Made by a program: the position numbers and the translations under genes. 64,000 nt of DNA. It comes from Flavobacteriales bacterium (GTDB taxonomy: Bacteria > Bacteroidota > Bacteroidia > Flavobacteriales_F > PHOS-HE28). Numbering within the stretch: the stretch's first letter is position 1; the number at the start of each line of letters is the position of its first letter. Below are positions 57,544 to 64,000 of this stretch, in pieces. The DNA lies in assembly GCA_016718655.1 (NCBI GenBank), contig JADKCV010000018.1, positions 19,009-83,008 on the forward strand, written 5' to 3'. The notes under the pieces are model-generated. The model made no database searches. It had not been told where the DNA came from and saw nothing but the letters and a program-made list of their open reading frames with translations.

Positions 57544-58962
57544 ATGCGATCACTACACCGCCCCATCGCATTGCTTGCCGATATCCGCTTCTGGGTGCTG
57601 GTTTTGGTACTGGTGCGCCTGATCGGTATCACCAACCCTCCCCTGGAGACGGCCCATCATTGGCGTCAGACCACCGTGGCGATGGTGGCTCGCAATTACC
57701 ACGAGCACGGGATCGATCTGATGTATCCACGGGTGGACATGGCCGGCGAACGTAGCGGGATCACGGGCATGGAAGTGCCTCTGTTATCAGCGGCCATCGC
57801 GGTCATCAGTGGGCCGTTCGGCTATGCACACTGGTACGGCCGGATCATCGCATTACTCCTTTGTAGTGCGGGTCTGTTGGCCTATCACAGCCTGGTCCGG
57901 AAGTATTTCTCGGACGAGACCGCGTTTTACTCCACCCTCGTCTTGGGCGTATCGTTATGGTTCAGCTACGGGCGCAAGATCATGCCGGATGTACCGAGCA
58001 CTTCGCTCGTCCTGATCGGTCTGGCGTTCGCGGCGAAGGCCTTGCAGGGAGGACGGATCCGTTTGCTTGGACCAGCTGCTGCGTTTTGCATGGCATTGGG
58101 TACGGCGATGAAGCTACCTTCCGGCTACCTGATGGTACTGCTTCCCGCGATGGTCCTTTTTTCCCCTGCCACCAAGCGTGACCGCTGGATCCTGATGGGG
58201 TTGGTGTGCCTGTTCCAGTTGCCGGTGCTCTGGTGGTATTTCAGCTGGGCACCTCACTTGGATGAACTCGGTGGCTATACCCATTTCTTCATGGGGAACG
58301 GTATCGGCAAGGGGCTTCAGGAACTACTGCACGCTCCGATACGGGTGCTCGACAACTTCTACTTCGATGCATTGCGTTTCTCCGGTGCCGCCCTTGCAGT
58401 GGCAGGACTGGTGATGGCCTTTGCGCGCCGTGAACGTGTCCTCCTGATGATCGTGATGCTGGTCTCGCTCTCCTTCTTCTTCGTCATGCTCAAGGCAGGT
58501 GCCGCCTTTTGGAAGCATGCGTACTATGTGGTACCATTCATACCCCTATTGGCCCTTTTGGCGGGCAGCGCCCTTGTACGCGTTTCGAATTGGCGCTGGC
58601 GAGTTGCCCTCCTGGTCCTGGTAGCCACCGAAGGCCTTGCGAACCAATGGCAGGACCTGAGGATCTCCCCCACCCAAGCACCGCTTTTGAACTTGGAAGC
58701 CGCGTTGGACCAGCTGGGCGACCGGGGAGACCTGATCATCGTGAACAGTGGCTCCATTCCGACACCGCTCTATTTCGCACACCGAAAGGGATGGACATGC
58801 TACCGTGATGATCTGGCCCGAGTGGGCTACATCGATTCGCTCACCTCATTGGGGGCTGTGTGGTTGGTCCAGGTCCGTAAGGGATATGAAACGAACGTAC
58901 CGATCATGGCTCCGGCAGCAGTGATCACCGAGGATTATGCGATATTCCGTGTTCGGCCTTGA
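57544..58962 (+). CDS. GT-C fold (ArnT/GT39-like) membrane glycosyltransferase
   Basis: HHWRQTTVAMVARNY, MEVPL, YGRKIMPDV; multi-TM. Confidence 0.8.
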   Translation: MRSLHRPIALLADIRFWVLVLVLVRLIGITNPPLETAHHWRQTTVAMVARNYHEHGIDLMYPRVDMAGERSGITGMEVPLLSAAIAVISGPFGYAHWYGRIIALLLCSAGLLAYHSLVRKYFSDETAFYSTLVLGVSLWFSYGRKIMPDVPSTSLVLIGLAFAAKALQGGRIRLLGPAAAFCMALGTAMKLPSGYLMVLLPAMVLFSPATKRDRWILMGLVCLFQLPVLWWYFSWAPHLDELGGYTHFFMGNGIGKGLQELLHAPIRVLDNFYFDALRFSGAALAVAGLVMAFARRERVLLMIVMLVSLSFFFVMLKAGAAFWKHAYYVVPFIPLLALLAGSALVRVSNWRWRVALLVLVATEGLANQWQDLRISPTQAPLLNLEAALDQLGDRGDLIIVNSGSIPTPLYFAHRKGWTCYRDDLARVGYIDSLTSLGAVWLVQVRKGYETNVPIMAPAAVITEDYAIFRVRP

Positions 58963-60363
58963 TCACTGCGTCGCGGGCAATATGGACACCCGGATCTCGT
59001 CCGCCTTCAGGTAGCGCACCAGTGATCGGTTCGTCCAATGTTCAGGGTCGGTGTTCAATTCGAGGACCTTCAATGCCACCGCGGTACCGGGTTGTCTATC
59101 GAACCGTATGTCCGTAACGCGCTGAACGTGGGCATCCTCAATGGCGCGGTAGCGCATCGTCCATGCGCGGTCATTGGCTGCAGCGGCGCCCATCAGGAGA
59201 TCGGATGCCACGCGTCCGTCATTGCCTCCAACGAGCAAGGCCAGTACAAGACCGATCACTGGCGCGATGATCGCACGTCGCGAAGTTGGAAGCCGGTACC
59301 TCCCTGGCCGCAAGACCTGTTGTTCGATCGCCATGACCAGAATGACCCAGAGTGGCAGGAACACGGACCACCCGACGTTGACCGTTCGATGTTGACCGAG
59401 CATACCCGTGGCCCAATACGGAAGTACCATGCACATGGCCACAGCCAGGAAAATGACAAACGCAACGGTATACCAACGCCATGGAACCATGGGCGCACGC
59501 TCCGACCTTCGCAACAAGGCCAATACCACGATAGTTGCCAAAGTGATAGCAGGCGACAACACCCACGAAAGCAGGAACCGTCCGGTCTGAAGTACGGTCA
59601 TCCATAGGGTGAACAACACATCGCCGCCAGCCGTGAACTGCGCAGCCCGCGCTGCATTACCCGGCGCCAGGAAAGTGATCATCGCGGCGCTTATGTACAA
59701 CAACATCAGGATGGACAACGGTACGGGTATGTCACGGCATTTTCTCTTATGGTCAATGACGAACGCCACTGTTCCCATGAGCACCAAGGCGAGATGCACC
59801 TCGTTGCTCCACATGATCCAAACACCCAGCAGGGCTGCAAGCAAATACCATCGTGCTTGTCCCTGAGCATGTGTATCATAACGCAGGCGAATGGACACAG
59901 CCGCCAGGTGGACCAGCAGGATCTGTGGTAGGGTATACGTGACCGTGCCCGTGTACCAGTACAAGCCTTCCGTAAGGTCGGGCAAGGTGTTCAACCATAG
60001 CGTGGTGAAGCCCAGCGCAGCGGGTAGGCCCCATTGCCGCTGCACTCCCAAAGGCTGAAGCGCTCGGAACAGTGCCACCCATGCCGTGACCATGCCAACG
60101 ATCCAAACCGCAGGCAAGCAACGGTAGAGCACCAACCCGTCGTCGAGACCCAACACCAGCGGCCCACGCAGGACCAATAAGTTGCTCGCTACACGACCGT
60201 TCCAGCCAACGTATTCCTGAAACAAACGTTCGAGCAAGGGCAGGTCGAAGGCCGTGTACGCATAGGACCAGTCATCCGCATAGGGATGCATGTACACGCC
60301 GAGTACGACAAAGCGGGCAAAGCCCAGGATCATAAGGAGGTCGATCAGCGGCCGGGCGCGCAT
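58963..60363 (-). CDS. Multi-TM membrane protein, DUF6056/GT-C-like
   Basis: HPYADDWSY, WNGR, YWYTGTVTY, WSNE, APGNAAR. Confidence 0.7.
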   Translation of the reverse strand: MRARPLIDLLMILGFARFVVLGVYMHPYADDWSYAYTAFDLPLLERLFQEYVGWNGRVASNLLVLRGPLVLGLDDGLVLYRCLPAVWIVGMVTAWVALFRALQPLGVQRQWGLPAALGFTTLWLNTLPDLTEGLYWYTGTVTYTLPQILLVHLAAVSIRLRYDTHAQGQARWYLLAALLGVWIMWSNEVHLALVLMGTVAFVIDHKRKCRDIPVPLSILMLLYISAAMITFLAPGNAARAAQFTAGGDVLFTLWMTVLQTGRFLLSWVLSPAITLATIVVLALLRRSERAPMVPWRWYTVAFVIFLAVAMCMVLPYWATGMLGQHRTVNVGWSVFLPLWVILVMAIEQQVLRPGRYRLPTSRRAIIAPVIGLVLALLVGGNDGRVASDLLMGAAAANDRAWTMRYRAIEDAHVQRVTDIRFDRQPGTAVALKVLELNTDPEHWTNRSLVRYLKADEIRVSILPATQ

Positions 60364-60379
60364 CCGGTCCCGTTCCTGG

Positions 60380-61336
60380 TCACCAGCCAAGGCGCTGCTT
60401 GACGCGATAACTGTTCCGATCCGAACTGTTGCGGCTCACCAGTTCAGCCACGAAGCCCACCGTGAACAACTGCACCCCGATGACCATGGCGACCAAAGCC
60501 ACATAGAACAAGGCCTGATCGGATACCAAGGGAGCCGGTTCATGCCAAAGGAACAGGTGAAGCAACTTACTGACCAGCAGCCAGGCCACCGCACCCATAC
60601 CGAACACGAACATCATGGTACCCAGGCCACCGAAGAAATGCATGGGCTTCTTCCCGAAACGGAAGATGAACGTGATGGTAAGCAGGTCCAGGAACCCGTT
60701 GATGAAGCGGTCGAAACCGAACTTGGTCCTACCGTACTTCCGGGCGTGGTGCTTCACCACCTTCTCGCCGATGTTCCGGAACCCCTCCTTCTTGGCGATG
60801 AAAGGGATATACCGGTGCATTTCGCCGAACACCTCGATACTCTTCACCACCTCACTGCGATAGGCCTTCAGGCCGCAATTGAAGTCGTGCAAGTGTACAC
60901 CGCTCACCCGCCGGGTGGTCCAGTTGAAGAGCTTGGTGGGCAAGGTCTTGGTGATGGGGTCGTAGCGTTTCTTCTTCCAACCGCTCACCAGATCGAACCC
61001 TCCCTGGTCGATCATGCGATAAAGCTCGGGAAGTTCATCCGGATCATCCTGAAGGTCGGCATCCATGGTGATGACCACCCTACCTTTTGCAGCACGGAAG
61101 CCTTCGTTCAAAGCTGGGCTCTTGCCGTAATTGCGCCCGAAGCGGATCCCTTTGACACGATCATCGGCCTTGGCCAGTCGCTCGATCGCCTGCCATGAAC
61201 CATCGGTGCTGCCATCGTCGATGAAGATCACCTCATAGTGCACCGCCATAACGCCAAGTACGCCATGGAGACGGTCCGCCAGGATCGGCAACGACTCATG
61301 CTCGTTCAATAAGGGAACGACGATGCTCACGTCCAT
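60380..61336 (-). CDS. GT2 polyprenol-phosphate glycosyltransferase (ArnC/DPM1-like)
   Basis: SIVVPLLNE, IDDGSTDGS, RNYGKSPAL, TMDADLQDDP, HDFNCGLKAYR, GEMHRYIP; C-terminal TM pair. Confidence 0.93.
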   Translation of the reverse strand: MDVSIVVPLLNEHESLPILADRLHGVLGVMAVHYEVIFIDDGSTDGSWQAIERLAKADDRVKGIRFGRNYGKSPALNEGFRAAKGRVVITMDADLQDDPDELPELYRMIDQGGFDLVSGWKKKRYDPITKTLPTKLFNWTTRRVSGVHLHDFNCGLKAYRSEVVKSIEVFGEMHRYIPFIAKKEGFRNIGEKVVKHHARKYGRTKFGFDRFINGFLDLLTITFIFRFGKKPMHFFGGLGTMMFVFGMGAVAWLLVSKLLHLFLWHEPAPLVSDQALFYVALVAMVIGVQLFTVGFVAELVSRNSSDRNSYRVKQRLGW

Positions 61337-61381
61337 GCTGCAAGGATAAGCAGGGATGATCGAAGGATCGAGCGATCGTCC

Positions 61382-61389
61382 TACCTTTG
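61382..61389 (+). promoter_or_regulatory. -7 box TACCTTTG of the SRP RNA
   Basis: Exact TAnnTTTG match ending 3 nt before the RNA's closing helix. Confidence 0.75.
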
Positions 61390-61392
61390 TGC

Positions 61393-61490
61393 GGGGCAAG
61401 TCCTGTACGACCAGCTCCCGCTGAATCCCCCAGGTCCGGAAGGAAGCAAGGGTAGGCGGTTGTAGCGGTGCGATGCGGGTCGCTTGCCCC
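61393..61490 (+). ncRNA. ffs: Signal recognition particle 4.5S RNA
   Basis: Domain IV core CAGGTCCGGAAGGAAGCAAG with a GGAA tetraloop; ends pair (GGGGCAAG / CTTGCCCC); followed by a T7 tract at 61493-61499. Confidence 0.9.
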
Positions 61491-61702
61491 ACTTTTTTTG
61501 CCCGTATTGAACGAATCGCGGTCATGTTCCAAGCCCCATTGATCCGGTCCCGTACCCGAATTCCAAGGCGCTAAGCTGCCGCCGATCATCGAGGGGGATC
61601 AAGGTTGTTCTTCCTGAGGTCGCACCCATCCTGCCATGGATCATAGCCCGTTCGTTCATCAGGGCCCTGATCCAAACCACGATCAGCCTTTCCGGTTCGC
61701 AC

Positions 61703-61710
61703 TAGCTTTG
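61703..61710 (+). promoter_or_regulatory. -7 box TAGCTTTG, 12 nt before the alkB ATG
   Basis: Exact TAnnTTTG match; ATG at 61715. Confidence 0.6.
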
Positions 61711-61714
61711 GGCA

Positions 61715-62833
61715 ATGTCCACCGTTGCGATCCGCTCCTTACCAGCGCTCCGTCGGCACATCCGCTTCCGGGCCCTGCGTTATTCGATCACCCTGACCGC
61801 CCCCGCGCTAGCGATCGCGGGACTGCTGCTTCCTGGCTGGTGGACGTGGGCCACGGTATTCTATGCCTTCGGGGTGATCCCGCTGTTGGAACTACTGATC
61901 CCTGCGGACAAGTACAATTTGAGCAAGGAAGAAGGAACGGCCGCTTTGGAAGACCCCCTGTTCGATAGGCTGCTTCATGCCATCGTTCCCATCCAATGGG
62001 GTATTCTCATCCTATTCCTGTTCCAAGTGGATCGGACCGGTCTTGCCCTTTGGGAAGTGGCCGGGAGGATCCTGAGCATGGGCATCCTATGCGGGATCCA
62101 TGGGATCAACGTGGCGCATGAATTGGGCCACCGCGTCAGGCGCTGGGAGCGGGATCTTGCGCGTGCCTTGTTGCTCACGAGCCTTTACATGCACTTCATA
62201 ATCGAACACAACCGGGGCCACCACCGCCGCGTGGCCACACCCGACGATCCTGCCTCGGCACGGTTTGGCGAATGGCTGCCCCTGTTCTGGTTGCGCAGCG
62301 GTATCCTCAGCTTCATCAGTGCATGGCACATCGAGGCTGACCGTATGCGTAAGGAAGGTCACAAACCTTATGGATGGCGCAACGAAATGCTCCAGGCCTT
62401 GTTCTGGCAAGGCGCGCTCGTGCTTGTGATCGGTGTGGTGTTCAATGTCAAGGTCATGACCGCATTCCTACTGGCAGCGTTCGCGGGTATGATCCTGCTG
62501 GAAACGGTGAACTATATCGAGCATTATGGCCTACAGCGCGCGCGTTCGAACCAAGGGGGATATGTCCGGGTGCAGCATGTCCATTCATGGAACAGCGACC
62601 ACGTCATGGGGCGTCTTATGCTCTTCGAACTCTCCCGGCATAGTGACCACCACTGGAAGGCCAGTCGCAAATACCAGGTCCTGGATAGCCATGCGGATGC
62701 ACCACAATTGCCCACCGGTTACCCGGGCATGATGTTATTGAGCGCGATCCCACCCTTGTTCTTCGCCGTGATGCATCCCCGATTGAAGCGGATGTACGAA
62801 CAGTACGACACGCTCGTCGGTCCGGTCCGATAA
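61715..62833 (+). CDS. alkB: Alkane 1-monooxygenase (membrane non-haem di-iron)
   Basis: His boxes HELGH, EHNRGHH, NYIEHYG (HYG motif), LSRHSDHH; VATPDDPASAR; PQLPTGYPGM. Confidence 0.9.
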   Translation: MSTVAIRSLPALRRHIRFRALRYSITLTAPALAIAGLLLPGWWTWATVFYAFGVIPLLELLIPADKYNLSKEEGTAALEDPLFDRLLHAIVPIQWGILILFLFQVDRTGLALWEVAGRILSMGILCGIHGINVAHELGHRVRRWERDLARALLLTSLYMHFIIEHNRGHHRRVATPDDPASARFGEWLPLFWLRSGILSFISAWHIEADRMRKEGHKPYGWRNEMLQALFWQGALVLVIGVVFNVKVMTAFLLAAFAGMILLETVNYIEHYGLQRARSNQGGYVRVQHVHSWNSDHVMGRLMLFELSRHSDHHWKASRKYQVLDSHADAPQLPTGYPGMMLLSAIPPLFFAVMHPRLKRMYEQYDTLVGPVR

Positions 62834-62916
62834 CTTTGGTGCACGCTCCGGCACCCGGTTTGCTTCGTCGATAACCAGAAACGGCTCATCAACGTAGAAC
62901 CGGCGTCCATCGAATC

Positions 62917-64000
62917 ATGAATAGTACGGAGGAGACCGTTCAGGACCGTGCCGTTCCATCGGCCGTGAAGAGACTGATCACCGAACTGGTGCATCGTTTC
63001 GGGCGTAAGCGTATCGACCTGTTGACAGCCCGTTCATCGAGCAGGGCTGAACTTTCCAGCGGTGCGGTGGACTTCCGCGCAGAGACCGCTCATGTGCGTC
63101 GATCCGACTGGACCATTGACCCGTTACCCGATGCCCTGATGGAGCGCCGGGTGGAGCTCATTGGCGGCGCGCACCGATCCGAGCTCATCAATGGGTTGAA
63201 CGCAGGGGCCAAGACGTACATCGCCGACCTCTGGAACTTCACACCGAACGACACCTGGAACATCCTGCGGGCCCATCGGAGCTTGGAGCGTGCCGCAAAA
63301 TTGGAACTGGCCTACTTGGACACCGAAGAGGGCCGCGTGCGGGTGAACCCGAACACCGCTACCCGACTGATGGTGGTACCTCGGCCCCTTTTCGCGTTGG
63401 AAAGTGTCCTCATGTTGGACGATGAACCGGTGCCCGCCGCATTCTTCGACCTGGCCATGCTGGTGCATAACTGCGCGGCCAGTTGGGCCGCCAAGCAAGG
63501 TGGGATCTACCTCTACTTGCGCGACGTGCACGGTCATCTGGAAGCCCGGTTATGGGAGCAGGTGTTCGACCTGCTGGAAGAACTGTCCGATCTGCCAAGG
63601 GGAACCATCCGCGCCACTGTGATGATCGACAGTATCACAGGAGCACTCGAGGCCGATGAGATCCTGTTCGAACTGATGCACCACGCTGCCGGCCTGAGCG
63701 TGCACCCGCAAGGTTATGCGGCGGACCATGTCGCACTGTTCCATGGAACGGACCGCCCGGTACTACCCGACCGGGAGACCATCTTCCTGAACGCCCCTAT
63801 GTTGCGTGCGTTGAGCCTTCGCATCATCGGCGTTTGCCACCGGCGCGGGTGCCACGCCATCGGAGCACCCAGTTTCGTGCTTCCACCCTTGGTAAGGGAA
63901 AGGATGAAAGCCAGTTACTTGGAGATGCTCGGAGACAAGGAACGCGAAGCTGTGGATGGTTTCGACGGTACCATCGTGGTTGATGGTGATACGGTCAATC
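62917..64000 (+). CDS. Malate synthase A (AceB) homologue with a degenerate active site; runs off the window end
   Basis: Uninterrupted frame from ATG 62917 (not in the ORF track). It follows AceB landmarks: ELVHRF..KR..LL.AR, DF..ET..VR..DW, RRVE, LPRGTIRAT, LPDR, CHRRG, DKEREA..GFDGT. Confidence 0.85.
   Translation, partial: MNSTEETVQDRAVPSAVKRLITELVHRFGRKRIDLLTARSSSRAELSSGAVDFRAETAHVRRSDWTIDPLPDALMERRVELIGGAHRSELINGLNAGAKTYIADLWNFTPNDTWNILRAHRSLERAAKLELAYLDTEEGRVRVNPNTATRLMVVPRPLFALESVLMLDDEPVPAAFFDLAMLVHNCAASWAAKQGGIYLYLRDVHGHLEARLWEQVFDLLEELSDLPRGTIRATVMIDSITGALEADEILFELMHHAAGLSVHPQGYAADHVALFHGTDRPVLPDRETIFLNAPMLRALSLRIIGVCHRRGCHAIGAPSFVLPPLVRERMKASYLEMLGDKEREAVDGFDGTIVVDGDTVN

Overview
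A roughly 60% GC, gene-dense chromosomal segment of a Bacteroidota bacterium. A Flavobacteriales-like origin is inferred from T9SS C-terminal sorting domains, TAnnTTTG-type -7 promoter boxes, no obvious Shine-Dalgarno use at the starts inspected, and a Bacteroidota-type SRP RNA. It holds about 50 CDS: housekeeping genes (hisS, hutH, ettA, M42 and S9 peptidases, agmatinase family), large secreted or surface proteins (CotH-like kinase, 3x DUF4397, a 2038-aa PKD-repeat adhesin, choice-of-anchor B, a tail-fibre-like protein) and envelope modules (PadR-PspC, LysM/MltD-like + 2 SGNH + MBOAT, two L,D-transpeptidases, GT2 + GT-C transferases). It also holds a CarH-like B12 regulator, alkB and the SRP RNA. 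At least nine single-base frameshifts, three of them in essential hisS, point to long-read indel errors rather than pseudogenes. I found no CRISPR array, tRNA, rRNA, transposase or prophage. Most notable: (1) an AAA+/DUF4143 nuclease-ATPase gene bracketed by two inverted copies of a 35-bp AT-rich palindromic site; (2) an intact malate-synthase-A homologue that lacks the catalytic and Mg-binding residues; (3) a lytic-transglycosylase homologue without its catalytic Glu, translationally coupled to an MBOAT/SGNH O-acetylation module; (4) seven genes whose ATG lies exactly 12 nt after the start of a -7 promoter box, suggesting frequent leaderless mRNAs; (5) a standalone 39-aa basic micro-protein gene; (6) near-total lysine avoidance in two T9SS cargo proteins. 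All family assignments come from motif recognition, not database searches.
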